Origin: Candidatus Rokuibacteriota bacterium
GTDB taxonomy: Bacteria; Methylomirabilota; Methylomirabilia; Rokubacteriales; CSP1-6
Reading direction: 5' to 3'
DNA: 64,000 nucleotides
Assembly: GCA_040902305.1 (NCBI GenBank)
Contig: JBBDXN010000129.1
Coordinates: 19,061-83,060 of the forward strand
Shown here: positions 17,676 through 26,917 of the stretch, one piece after another
Layout: the number at the start of each line of letters is the position of its first letter
Position numbering within the stretch: position 1 is the stretch's first letter
Program-made: the position numbers and the translations under genes
The notes under the pieces: generated by a model
The model's input: only the letters and a program-made list of their open reading frames with translations
The model's database searches: none
Told to the model about the DNA's origin: nothing

Positions 17676-19773
17676 GCTTGACCTCCTCGAGCTTCGACTT
17701 CACCTCGCGCAGCTCGTTCACGTCCTCGACCAGGCCCTTGGGGCAGGAGTTGCCGCTGATCACGCGCTCCCAGCCCGCGGCCAGCGGCAGCTTGCTCCAG
17801 GGCCGGCCCTTGGCGCCGGGGAGCTGCACGTCGATGAAGGTGCGCGTGCAGCTGATCGGGCACCACTTGCAGACCGTGGCGGGCGCGGTGGTGCTCGTGT
17901 AGGTGAGCGCCGCGATCGCCTCGAAGCCGCGGAAGCGGCTCGCGCGCCCGCCCGGCACCGCCCGCCAGTCCGCCGCGCAGAGCGCGGCCCCGATGGCCCC
18001 CGCCTCGCCCGAGTAGGGATGCAGCACGATGTCGGCCTCGGGCACCTTGCCGCGGATGAAATCCACCTGGGCCTTCACCACCGCCATGTTGCGATGGGTG
18101 CCGCCCTGGAGCACGAACTTGCGGCCGACCGATCTGAGATTCTGCAGCTGACCGGCGTAGATCCACACGTTGATGGGCAGCACCGCGGCGAGCGCGGCCA
18201 TGATCTCCTCGGCCGCCCAGCCCTTGCGCTGCTGGTTGACGATGTCGGACTGGAGAAAGACCCCGCAGCCCATCGCGAGCGTCGGCATGGCCTTCGCGGC
18301 GAAGGCCCGGTCGGCATACGCCTCGAGGGGGATCGAGTAGCGCTCGGCCACGCCCTGCAGGAACGCGCCGTTGCCGGAAGAGCACTGCGAGTTCAGCCGG
18401 AAGTCGGCCACCGTGCCCTGGCGGAGGATCATGATCTTGACGTCGGTGCCGCCGACGTCACAGATCACGTCGGCGTCGGGATGGAAGTGCAGCGTGCCGG
18501 TGGCGTGCGCCACCGTCTCCACCACCGCCACGTCGGCCCCGACCACGTCCCTCAAGAGGTCCTTGCCGTAGCCGGTCAGGGCGAGCCCGCCGACTTCCGT
18601 GTAGCCGGCCTCCCGGACCTGGCGGAACAGCGACTGGGCGTCCTCGATCGGATTGCCCTTCGAGAGCGCGTAGCAGGTGAACAGCAGCTCCTTCTCCGGC
18701 GAGAGCACCACCGCCTTGGCGGTGGTGCTGCCGAAGTCGCAGCCGACCAGCACCGGGCCCACCGGAGCGGCGGAGCGGGCCGCGGTCGAGCGCTTGAGAT
18801 CGTACTCGGCCACGAACGCGGTCAGATCGTCGGCGCCGGAGACGAGCGCGCGCCCGCCCGCCTTGGCCTTCTCCTCCTGCTGGCCTTCTTCCACCCACCA
18901 GCGCAGCCGGTCGCGGCCCTCGTAGACCGCCACGCTCTCCGCCTCGCCCCCGCCGATCTCCACGCAGCCGAGGCAGGCGTAGTACAGCGCCTCCGCGGGC
19001 ACCGTGATCAGGGAGGCCAGGTCGCGACCCTCGGGCAGGGCGAGCTTCCGCTGCTCCCACAGCTTGCCCAGGTGATGACGCCACGCTTCCTGGAGCCCCC
19101 TGAAGAAGAGGTTCGGGCCGCCCAGCAACAGGACCTCGGGGGCCGGGGTATTGCCCTTGGTGAGGGTGGCCAGGTTCTGGTAGACCACCGCCTCGAACAA
19201 GCTCGCGATGATCTCCTCGACCGGCACGCCGGTCTTCACCAGACTATTGGCGTCCGTTTCCGCGAAGATGCCGCACTTGCTGCTGACCTTGTGCAGGCTC
19301 ATGCCCGCGTAGGGCATGGCGGCGAGCTGTTCGCTCGTCACCTGGAGCTTCCGCGCGGTCTTCTCGATGAAGGTGCCGGTGCCGCCGCTGCACGCCGACT
19401 GCATGTAGACCTGCTTGGAGCGGCCGGTGCCGGTCGCGGTGAAGAAGATCGTCTTCATGTCCTCGCCGCCGATCTCCGACACGAAGCGCACGTCCGGGTG
19501 AAGCTGCTCGACGCAGGCGGCCACCGCGACCACCTCCTGGATCATCTTGGCCCCGACCAGCGGTCCCAGCAGGCCGGCCCCGGAACCGGTGAAGAAGACG
19601 CGGGCGCGGCCCGCGGCCACCTGGGCCTCGTCCTCCATCCGGCCCAGGAACTCCAGCACCTTCTCGGCCTGGCGCGTGTTGTGGCGCTGGTAGTCCTGCC
19701 ACACCACGCGGCCATCCTCGACGGCGACCGCCTTCACCGTCGTGGAGCCGACATCCATCCCGATCAGCCTCAT
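17593..19773 (-). CDS. CoA-substrate-specific enzyme activase, double BadF/BadG/BcrA/BcrD-type ATPase (two ASKHA domains)
   Basis: Two ATPase repeats (MRLIGMDVGSTTVKAV... and VLVGCDFGSTTAKAVV...). Its ATG overlaps the upstream gene stop by 1 nt (TGATG). Confidence 0.85.
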   Translation of the reverse strand: MRLIGMDVGSTTVKAVAVEDGRVVWQDYQRHNTRQAEKVLEFLGRMEDEAQVAAGRARVFFTGSGAGLLGPLVGAKMIQEVVAVAACVEQLHPDVRFVSEIGGEDMKTIFFTATGTGRSKQVYMQSACSGGTGTFIEKTARKLQVTSEQLAAMPYAGMSLHKVSSKCGIFAETDANSLVKTGVPVEEIIASLFEAVVYQNLATLTKGNTPAPEVLLLGGPNLFFRGLQEAWRHHLGKLWEQRKLALPEGRDLASLITVPAEALYYACLGCVEIGGGEAESVAVYEGRDRLRWWVEEGQQEEKAKAGGRALVSGADDLTAFVAEYDLKRSTAARSAAPVGPVLVGCDFGSTTAKAVVLSPEKELLFTCYALSKGNPIEDAQSLFRQVREAGYTEVGGLALTGYGKDLLRDVVGADVAVVETVAHATGTLHFHPDADVICDVGGTDVKIMILRQGTVADFRLNSQCSSGNGAFLQGVAERYSIPLEAYADRAFAAKAMPTLAMGCGVFLQSDIVNQQRKGWAAEEIMAALAAVLPINVWIYAGQLQNLRSVGRKFVLQGGTHRNMAVVKAQVDFIRGKVPEADIVLHPYSGEAGAIGAALCAADWRAVPGGRASRFRGFEAIAALTYTSTTAPATVCKWCPISCTRTFIDVQLPGAKGRPWSKLPLAAGWERVISGNSCPKGLVEDVNELREVKSKLEEVKREYPNVAEMVRKDAFRRSRADAPAVAG

Positions 19774-21323
19774 CACTTCGCCCGCTGCGCCACGTGCAGC
19801 ACCAGATTCGCGGCCTGCCCGGCGCAACCCATATGGGGAACGTTATAGGTCGCGCGCTTCATCCTCGGATGCGCGGCCAGATACGCGCGCACCTGGTGAA
19901 GCGTCATGCCACTCCGGGCGAGCGCCTCGTCGAACTCGCCCTGGGCCCGCTTCTTGGCCTCGGTGAGGATCATCTGGCAGCGCGAGAGCGCGTGCACCTC
20001 GGCGTCGCCCTTGATCTCGAGCGGGGCGTAGAGCAGATCGGGGTACTTGCCGATCACGCCGGCCATCGCCCCGATGCTCATGGTGTTGGGCATGCAGGAA
20101 TACGGCGACAGCTCGCAGATCATGTGGGCCTTCTTCTTCTGGTGGGCCCAGATCGCCTTGCCGACCAGCATGTCGCCCTCGCCGCCGTCGAGGCGGCTGT
20201 GGAAGTAGGGCGCGGCCAGGCGGCGCAGCTCGAGCTGGTGCGGAATGTCGCGGGGCAGGTTGCCCATGGCGCGGCGCAGCCGGCCGACGATGGCCCGGTA
20301 GATCGCCTGCACGGTCCGCCCGAGGCCCAGCTTGAGCCGCGCACCCTTCTCGATGCCCGAGTAGTCCTCGAAGCGCTGCAGCCCCAGGCGCAGCAGGTAG
20401 TCCATCCACACCGTGATGCCGGCCGGATAGACCTCGGCCCCCTCGGCCTCGAGCCAGCGGTGGATATTGTAGTTGGGGTCGCCCTCCACGGTCTGGAGGT
20501 AGAACTCGCCGGTGATCTTCACGGTGGGCTTCACGCGGAGTCGATCCACCTCGATCGCGTCGAACTTCCGCCGGATCTCCCGCATCGCCTTCGTGAAGTA
20601 ACCGGTGGTGAGAAACCACAGGACCGATCGCCAGGGCCCGCGCTTCGGCCGGTTGCGGAAGGCCTGGTACAGGAGCTCCACCGACTCCTTGACCACCGCC
20701 TCGGTCTGGCCCGCCACCACCTCGTACGGCCGCACCTGGTACTCGAGGTCCTGGACGAGATCGGTGCAGAAGATGGCCCAGAGGCAGCCGAGCGTGACCG
20801 GCAGGTTGAGGTCGAGGCCGTCGCCCATCTCCGCTTTCTGGTCGAGCTGGTCCTGAGCGAGGAGGAACATGCGGAAGGCGCCGAGCCCGGAGTTGCGCAG
20901 GGCCAGCTCGTAGCTCTGGTGGTATTGCCCGAAGCGGCAGGCCCCGCAGGAGCCGGCGGTGAGGTAAACGAACTTCTTGTTCACGTCCTCGGCGCTGGTC
21001 GCTTTCGCCTCTTTCTTCAGGAAGTTGACCAGGTTGCCGGTGGTGAAGCTGGTCGGGCAGCACTGGCCGATGTCGGCTACCTCGCGGCCGGTGAGCAGGT
21101 CGTCCCGGGTGGCCACCGGCAGGACCTGCGCCTTGTGCCCGCCGCTCTCCAGCACCGCTTGCAAGATTCGCTCGACGCGCCAGTGCAGGCCGCCGAAGAG
21201 CACGGTGACCGAGTCGCGCTCCGCGCGGGTGAAGGGCCGCGGAGTATAGGCCCGGTAGTGTGATGCGCCGGGCCGCTCGCCCGCGCGCCGGTCGGTTGCC
21301 CGCTCAGTGCTTGCCGTGGCCAT
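19773..21323 (-). CDS. 2-hydroxyacyl-CoA dehydratase-like protein (HGD-D/DUF2229 superfamily), subunit A
   Basis: Internal ATG with an AGGAGG Shine-Dalgarno motif, giving MATASTERATD... for a 516-aa protein. Contains ...LPVATRDDLLTGREVADIGQCCPTSFTTGNLVNFLKK and LTAGSCGACRFGQY Cys motifs. Confidence 0.7.
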   Translation of the reverse strand: MATASTERATDRRAGERPGASHYRAYTPRPFTRAERDSVTVLFGGLHWRVERILQAVLESGGHKAQVLPVATRDDLLTGREVADIGQCCPTSFTTGNLVNFLKKEAKATSAEDVNKKFVYLTAGSCGACRFGQYHQSYELALRNSGLGAFRMFLLAQDQLDQKAEMGDGLDLNLPVTLGCLWAIFCTDLVQDLEYQVRPYEVVAGQTEAVVKESVELLYQAFRNRPKRGPWRSVLWFLTTGYFTKAMREIRRKFDAIEVDRLRVKPTVKITGEFYLQTVEGDPNYNIHRWLEAEGAEVYPAGITVWMDYLLRLGLQRFEDYSGIEKGARLKLGLGRTVQAIYRAIVGRLRRAMGNLPRDIPHQLELRRLAAPYFHSRLDGGEGDMLVGKAIWAHQKKKAHMICELSPYSCMPNTMSIGAMAGVIGKYPDLLYAPLEIKGDAEVHALSRCQMILTEAKKRAQGEFDEALARSGMTLHQVRAYLAAHPRMKRATYNVPHMGCAGQAANLVLHVAQRAK

Positions 21324-22137
21324 TGCGTCCTCCTGTACGTGCGGGAACGCCCTCGGCGCTCCCCACGTGGCGGTCCATCCACGACTCGAGGAGCTGCACG
21401 GTCTCGAAGCCGGGCAGGCGCCGGATCGTCTCGTCGACCTTGCCGGCCGCCGCCCGGCCCTCGGGCCCCCCGAACAGATAGGTGCCGAGGAAGCGCAGCT
21501 CGCCATCGGGCTGCACGCCGCTGCCCACCGGAGCCCAGAACCGGTCCACCAGGATGCGCGCGACCCGGGCGACGGCCCGGCGCTGCAGGCGCAGCTCGGC
21601 CTGGCGGTAGTAGAAGAAGAAGTGCCGCGACTCGTCCAGCACGATCCGCTCGAGCAGATCGGCGAGCACCGGGTGATCGGTCAGCGCGGCCAGCCGCCGA
21701 TAGCCGGTGAGCGTGGTCAGCTCGTTGATGGCGCCCCAGGTCATGTGCACCGCGCAGAAGTCGGGCCAGGCTTTCGACACCATCGCGGTCGCCGCCGCCT
21801 CGAGCCGCTTGGACCACGGCTCCTGCCCGCGGGGCAAGGGCCGATCGCCCACCGGCGAGCCGGCCGCTTCCAGGAAGCGCTGGAGGGCCAGGCCGTGGAA
21901 GGTCTCCTCGTAGACCCAGCAGGCCAGGAAGGTGGCAACGTCCGGGTCGTCGATGGCACGGGTGGCGAGCAGGGACCGCAGGTAGATGATGGTGTGGCTC
22001 TCGATGTCCTGCATGAAGCGCATGGCCCGGAGAGCCCCAGGGGACACCGGATGCCGCGGGACCGCGGCCCAGTCGACGGCCGCCAGGTCGACCGCTCTCG
22101 ACCGCCCGACGTAGGTGTCGATGTCGAAAGCTGGCAT
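21304..22137 (-). CDS. ferritin-like di-iron carboxylate protein, acyl-ACP desaturase-like (DesA-type)
   Basis: Di-iron motifs YEETFHG and LDESRHFFFY (E..EExxH / DExRH). 277 aa, comparable in size to mycobacterial DesA proteins. Confidence 0.6.
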   Translation of the reverse strand: MPAFDIDTYVGRSRAVDLAAVDWAAVPRHPVSPGALRAMRFMQDIESHTIIYLRSLLATRAIDDPDVATFLACWVYEETFHGLALQRFLEAAGSPVGDRPLPRGQEPWSKRLEAAATAMVSKAWPDFCAVHMTWGAINELTTLTGYRRLAALTDHPVLADLLERIVLDESRHFFFYYRQAELRLQRRAVARVARILVDRFWAPVGSGVQPDGELRFLGTYLFGGPEGRAAAGKVDETIRRLPGFETVQLLESWMDRHVGSAEGVPARTGGRNGHGKH

Positions 22138-22193
22138 CGGTCATCTCAACTCATACGCCACTGCCGGGGGCATTTCAAGGGTCATGCCCTGAA

Positions 22194-22844
22194 CTACGGG
22201 CCCGCGGGTCGGCTCGGATCTGCGGCGGGCGGCCCCGGGCAATGCGCCTGGACCAGCTCGGCCAGCCCGCCACCGCGCGGCACCGGGTCGAGCGGGCCGA
22301 CCACGGCACGATGGCGGATGACCCCGTCGCGGTCGACCAGGAAGATCCCCTGCTCCATGGCGGTCATGGCGTGGTGGTGCAGCCGGCGGACGAAGTTCCG
22401 GTTCATGACGTCGAGCCAGGCGCCCCGGATCTGGGGCCCGCCATCGCCGTGGGTGAAAGCGTAGGAGAAGCTCACGACCGCGGAGCGCGTCGCCTCGAGC
22501 GCGCCACGGTCGCCGAGCCCGTAGACCGCGAAGAGCCGCTTGTCGGGATCGCAGACGAAGGGGTAGGGGGTCGGGCTATGACCGAAGAAGATGCGGGCGG
22601 ACTGCAGCAGGTTGGGGCCGACCTGGATGATCTCGGTGCCCGCGGCCCGCAGCCGGTCGTAGCCTTCGCGCATGCCGTCCATGTAGACCCGACAGAAGGG
22701 GCAGGTGAAGCCTCGCGAGAACCAGACGACGACGTTGCGCCGGCCCCGGTACGCGGACAGCTCGACCGTCTCGCCCTGCACCGAGGTCAGGCTGAACAGC
22801 GGCGCCGGCTGGCCGACCCCCGGAGGCTCGGGAACGGACGCCAC
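22194..22844 (-). CDS. redoxin/AhpC-TSA family thiol-disulfide oxidoreductase (CPFC motif)
   Basis: Thioredoxin-fold sequence with WFSRGFTCPFC. It is the first gene of the minus-strand cluster. Confidence 0.7.
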   Translation of the reverse strand: MASVPEPPGVGQPAPLFSLTSVQGETVELSAYRGRRNVVVWFSRGFTCPFCRVYMDGMREGYDRLRAAGTEIIQVGPNLLQSARIFFGHSPTPYPFVCDPDKRLFAVYGLGDRGALEATRSAVVSFSYAFTHGDGGPQIRGAWLDVMNRNFVRRLHHHAMTAMEQGIFLVDRDGVIRHRAVVGPLDPVPRGGGLAELVQAHCPGPPAADPSRPAGP

Positions 22845-22947
22845 GAGCCGAGGATAACACGCAGGTCGCGGGAGCCCGCCCGGACGGCCGCCCTTGACTC
22901 ATAGATTGACGGGGCTGGCCTCGGCTCGCTACCCTCGCGGGTAAGCA

Positions 22948-23637
22948 GTGAGCACGATCAAGATCGTCTACGACTTCGCGTTCCCCGACGGCGGCTCGAA
23001 GTCCTATACCGTCGAGCTGGACCGCGCGAGCCTCTCCTTCCAGCCGGCCGGACCCGAGCGGCCGCCCGACTGGGCCCGGCTCGAGAACCACCAGTGCGGC
23101 CACTGCCCGCTCGAGCCGGCCGAGCACCCCTACTGCCCGGTGGCTACCAACCTGGCGGCCCTGGTGGAATTCTTCAAGGACAAGGCCTCGGTCGCCGAGG
23201 CCACCGTGACCGTCACCACCGAGGAGCGGGTCTACATCAAGGACCTCCCTCTCCAGCGCGGGATCTTCGGCATCTTCGGCCTCGTCATGGCCACGAGCTC
23301 CTGCCCCTACATGGACTTCCTCAAGCCGATGGCCCGCTTCCACCTGCCGTTCTCGACGGCGGAGGAGACCATCGTGCGGTCGGTGTCCATGTATCTCCTC
23401 CGCCAGTACTTCGTGGCCAAGCGCGGCGAGCAGCCCGATCTGGGTCTCGAGCACCTCGAGACGCACTACGAGAACATCCAGAAGGTCAACGACGGCATCC
23501 TGGAGCGCATCAAGGGCGTGGTGAAGAACGACGCCGACCTCAACGCCCTCATCATCCTCCAGGGCTTCGCCGACCTGCTCACGATGGCGATCTCGAAGGA
23601 TCTCTCCAAGATCGAGCCGCTCTTCTTCCGCAAGTAG
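22948..23637 (+). CDS. hypothetical protein, 229 aa (CGHC and CPY motifs)
   Basis: GTG start. Long ORF with host-like GC3, divergent from the redoxin gene. I do not recognise a domain. Confidence 0.5.
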   Translation: MSTIKIVYDFAFPDGGSKSYTVELDRASLSFQPAGPERPPDWARLENHQCGHCPLEPAEHPYCPVATNLAALVEFFKDKASVAEATVTVTTEERVYIKDLPLQRGIFGIFGLVMATSSCPYMDFLKPMARFHLPFSTAEETIVRSVSMYLLRQYFVAKRGEQPDLGLEHLETHYENIQKVNDGILERIKGVVKNDADLNALIILQGFADLLTMAISKDLSKIEPLFFRK

Positions 23638-23642
23638 TCATC

Positions 23643-23690
23643 GAAGGGGGCCCCTTCTGAGGTCTAAGAGGGGGGCCCCCTCCGAGCCTC
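23643..23690. terminator. two GC-rich hairpins between convergent genes (likely bidirectional terminator)
   Basis: Near-palindromes GAAGGGGGCCCCTTC and AGAGGGGGGCCCCCTCC lie between the stops of the 22948 gene and the HIBADH-family dehydrogenase gene. There is no clear U-tract. Confidence 0.4.
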
Positions 23691-23767
23691 CCCCAGAGCG
23701 GATTGCGCCGGCCAAGCCGGCGCTCGAACGTCGCCCGGTCGCACACGCCTCTAGCTGACCACAGACG

Positions 23768-24700
23768 TCAGCGGCCGTCTTTGTCCAGCACCTCCTTGAT
23801 CTGCTCCACCGGCACCGCGATCTTCACGCCGGCGCGCTCTTCCTGTAGCAGCATGGCCACGCGGGAGTCCCGCTCGCTCCAGCCGCGGTTCATCGCTTCG
23901 GTCAGCTCCTCGAGGGCCAGATTGGCCATTCTCATAGGCACGCCGAGCTCGCGCCCGAGGGCCACCGCCAGCGAGACGTCCTTGTGGCTCAGGCGCAGGC
24001 TGAACGCGGGCGGATCGAAGGTGCCGGGCAGGAACTGATCCGCGAGGCCGTCGAAGGTGCGCCGGCGCCCCCCCGCCCCCTGCCGCACCGCCTTCCAGAG
24101 CGTGAGCGCGTCCACCCCGCCCTTGACCCCCATGGTGAAGACCTCGGCGAGCGCGGTCTGCACCGCGTAACCCGCGCAGTTGTGCACGAGCTTGGCCACC
24201 GAGCCCGCGCCGATCGGCCCCACGTAGTACGGCTGGTCGCCGATGGCGTCCAGCACCGGCTTGAAGCGATCGTAGACCTCACGGTCGCCGCCGATCCACA
24301 GCGCGAGCTTGCGCGACTTGGCGCCCTTGGGCCCGCCGCTCACCGGCGCGTCGAGCACGTGGATGCCCTTCTCCTTGAACGCGGGGTAGAGCCGCCGCAT
24401 CAGCGCGGGCGAGTTCGTGCTGAGATCGAAGTAGGCCGCGCCCTCCTTCATCCCGTGGATGAGCCCGTCCGGGCCGAGGGCGACCTGTTCCACCTCCTTC
24501 GGCCCGGGGAGCGAGGTGAAGACGACCTCCGCGCCCTCCGCCACCTGGCGGGGCGTGCCCTTCCAGATCGCGCCGGCCTTCAGATGCGGCGCCGCCGCCT
24601 CGCGCCGCACGTCGCTCACTTGCAGCTCGTGGCCCCCCGCCTGGAGATTGGACGCCATGCTGGCGCCCATGGTGCCCAGCCCGATGAACCCGACCTTCAT
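23768..24700 (-). CDS. NAD(P)-dependent oxidoreductase, 3-hydroxyisobutyrate dehydrogenase family
   Basis: Internal ATG giving MKVGFIGLGTMGASMASNL, a Rossmann motif, for a 310-aa protein. The upstream part of the 682-aa ORF is off-frame. Confidence 0.85.
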   Translation of the reverse strand: MKVGFIGLGTMGASMASNLQAGGHELQVSDVRREAAAPHLKAGAIWKGTPRQVAEGAEVVFTSLPGPKEVEQVALGPDGLIHGMKEGAAYFDLSTNSPALMRRLYPAFKEKGIHVLDAPVSGGPKGAKSRKLALWIGGDREVYDRFKPVLDAIGDQPYYVGPIGAGSVAKLVHNCAGYAVQTALAEVFTMGVKGGVDALTLWKAVRQGAGGRRRTFDGLADQFLPGTFDPPAFSLRLSHKDVSLAVALGRELGVPMRMANLALEELTEAMNRGWSERDSRVAMLLQEERAGVKIAVPVEQIKEVLDKDGR

Positions 24701-25029
24701 GCCTTGGCCTCCTCGAAGACCTGTTTCACGATCCGGGCCGCGGACATCGCGCTGGGCCAGCCCGCGTAGAACGCCAGATGGGTGATCAGCTCGCCGATCT
24801 CCTCCCGGGTGACGCCGTTGGCGAGCGCCCGCTCGGTGTGGCCTTTGAGCTGATCGGGCCGGTACATCGCCATCAGGGCCGCCACGGTGATGAGGCTCCG
24901 GTCGCGCTTGGAGAGACCGGGGCGCTCCCAGATGTCGGGATAGACGAGGGTCTCGGTCAGCTCGATGAGCCTGGGGGCGACCGTGCGGACTTCGTTGCGG
25001 GAGGCCGATACCGCGGCGGGTAAGGTCAT
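24697..25029 (-). CDS. carboxymuconolactone decarboxylase family protein (AhpD-like)
   Basis: Internal ATG with a GGAGGAG Shine-Dalgarno motif, giving MTLPAAVSASRNE... for a 110-aa protein. Its stop forms an ATGA overlap with the downstream dehydrogenase gene. Confidence 0.75.
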   Translation of the reverse strand: MTLPAAVSASRNEVRTVAPRLIELTETLVYPDIWERPGLSKRDRSLITVAALMAMYRPDQLKGHTERALANGVTREEIGELITHLAFYAGWPSAMSAARIVKQVFEEAKA

Positions 25030-25108
25030 CCGTACTCCTCCTTGAGTGGGGGGCTTCCGTGAGACTCCGAAACGCGTAGAATCCTGCCACGGGAAAGGAG
25101 ACTTGACC

Positions 25109-25873
25109 ATGCCCAATGCGCCCTACCGCATCTACGCCGTGCGCTACGCCCACCGCAAGTGCACCACCTCGGAGGCGTTCTACGGCGACTACCACAAGGC
25201 TCCCATGACGATGGACTACTTCGTGTGGGCGCTCACCAACGGCACCGAGACGGTGGTGGTGGACCTCGGCTTCACGGAGGAAGTCGGCACGCGGCGGGGC
25301 CGCCAGTTCCTGCGCTGCCCGGGCAAGGGCCTGGCCGAGATCGCGGTGGACGCGGCCTCGGTGAAGCACGTGATCCTGAGCCACTTCCACTACGATCACG
25401 TGGGCAACTACGCGCTGTTCCCGAATGCGACGTTCTACGCGCAGGACTCCGAGATGGCCTTCTACACGGGCCGCAACGCCTCCCTGCCCGCCTTCCGCCA
25501 CTCGGTCGAGGTGGACGACGTCTGCGCGCTGGTGCGGCTCAACTACGAGCGGCGCCTCTCGTTCGTGGACGGCTCCCGCGAGATCGTGCCCGGCATCGCG
25601 GTGCACCACGTGGGCGGGCACACCGCGGGCATGCAGATCGTCACGGTGGCGCACGCGCGGGGGCAGGCGGTGGTCGCCTCCGACGCCTCGCACTACTACC
25701 GAAACTTCGAGGAGCGCATCCCCTTCAACACGCTTCAGGATCTGCCGCGCATGTACGCGGCCTTCGCGAAGATCCGCGAGCTGGCCTCCTCCGAGGACCT
25801 GGTCCTGCCCGGCCACGACCCGCTCGTGCTCGAGCGGCTCAAGCGGGTGGGCGACGGGATCGTGGAGATGTAG
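25109..25873 (+). CDS. MBL-fold metallo-hydrolase, N-acyl homoserine lactonase-like
   Basis: ATG with a GAAAGGAG Shine-Dalgarno motif. HFHYDHVGN zinc motif with AiiA-like overall similarity. Confidence 0.75.
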   Translation: MPNAPYRIYAVRYAHRKCTTSEAFYGDYHKAPMTMDYFVWALTNGTETVVVDLGFTEEVGTRRGRQFLRCPGKGLAEIAVDAASVKHVILSHFHYDHVGNYALFPNATFYAQDSEMAFYTGRNASLPAFRHSVEVDDVCALVRLNYERRLSFVDGSREIVPGIAVHHVGGHTAGMQIVTVAHARGQAVVASDASHYYRNFEERIPFNTLQDLPRMYAAFAKIRELASSEDLVLPGHDPLVLERLKRVGDGIVEM

Positions 25874-25880
25874 GAGTCAG

Positions 25881-25951
25881 CCACCCCTCACCCTCACCAC
25901 CCCTCACCCTCACCACCCCTCACCCTGCCCTCTCCCCTGAGGGGAGAGGGC
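25881..25951. repeat. palindromic intergenic repeat, copy b, preceded by 2.8 copies of the 16-nt unit ccacccctcaccctca
   Basis: Core ccctctcccc-tga-ggggagaggg at 25928-25950, lying between convergent genes. Confidence 0.85.
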
Positions 25952-26852
25952 TCTTGTTGGTGGGGTTGCTCCAGAGGGCGTAGGCGCGGGTGAACTCGGC
26001 GCCGAAGAGGACGAGCTGGGCCGAGTAGTAGACCCAGGCGAGGACCAGGATCACCCAGCCCGCGGCGCCGTAGGCCGCGCCCAGCTCGCTGCGGCCGAGG
26101 TAGAGGCCGATCACCAGCTTGCCCACGAAGAAGAGCCCCGCGGTGACGCCCGCGCCCACCCACACGTCGCGCCACTGGATCGGCGCGTCGGGCAGCAGCT
26201 TGAAGATCATGGCGAAGAGCAGGGTGTGCACGATCATCGAGCCCACGAAGTCGGCGGCCTCGAGCATGCCGCCGAGCCACGGCATCCAGCCGCCCCCGAG
26301 GCGGCCGAAGGCGGCCGCCACCGCGCTCAGGACCAGCGAGACGCTCAGCAGGAACCCGGTGCCGAGGACGGCGGCGAACGACCAGACGCGCGCCCGGAGC
26401 AGGGCCCAGACCCCCGAGTGCGGGGGCGCGGGCACCTCCCAGATCTTGTTCAGCGCCGTCTGGAGCTGGCTGAACGCGCTCGTGGAGCCGAAGAGCAGCA
26501 CGAGCAGCCCGATGACGGTGGCCCGCGGCCCGATGCCCTCCCGGCTCGCGCTCTGGATCATGGACTGGACGGCGGTGGCGCCCTCTTCTCCGACCAGGCC
26601 CCGGATCTGGCCGACGATCTCACCCTGGGCCGCGGCCTGGCCGAATACCGCACCGGCCACCGCGATCACGATCACCAGGATCGGGGCCAGCGAGAACACC
26701 GTGTAGTAGGCCAGTGCCGCCCCGAGCTGCAGGCAGTCGTCCTCGTTCCACTTGCTCACGCTGCGCCGGATCAGGCCCCAGACGGTCTGCACGATCGGCG
26801 AGTGCAGCAAGCGGCGTGCCGCGCGGGGGTGACGCGGCCGGTCGAGGAGCAC
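25920..26852 (-). CDS. YihY/BrkB family membrane protein
   Basis: Polytopic membrane protein with YihY-like sequence. The stop codon and last about 10 codons (SPLPSGERAG) lie inside palindromic repeat copy b. Confidence 0.75.
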   Translation of the reverse strand: MLLDRPRHPRAARRLLHSPIVQTVWGLIRRSVSKWNEDDCLQLGAALAYYTVFSLAPILVIVIAVAGAVFGQAAAQGEIVGQIRGLVGEEGATAVQSMIQSASREGIGPRATVIGLLVLLFGSTSAFSQLQTALNKIWEVPAPPHSGVWALLRARVWSFAAVLGTGFLLSVSLVLSAVAAAFGRLGGGWMPWLGGMLEAADFVGSMIVHTLLFAMIFKLLPDAPIQWRDVWVGAGVTAGLFFVGKLVIGLYLGRSELGAAYGAAGWVILVLAWVYYSAQLVLFGAEFTRAYALWSNPTNKSPLPSGERAG

Positions 26853-26917
26853 TTGCCGCGCGTCGCCCGAGCGCCCAGGATGGTCCGGAGGAGCGAGGTG
26901 GACGAAAGGAGCGCGCC

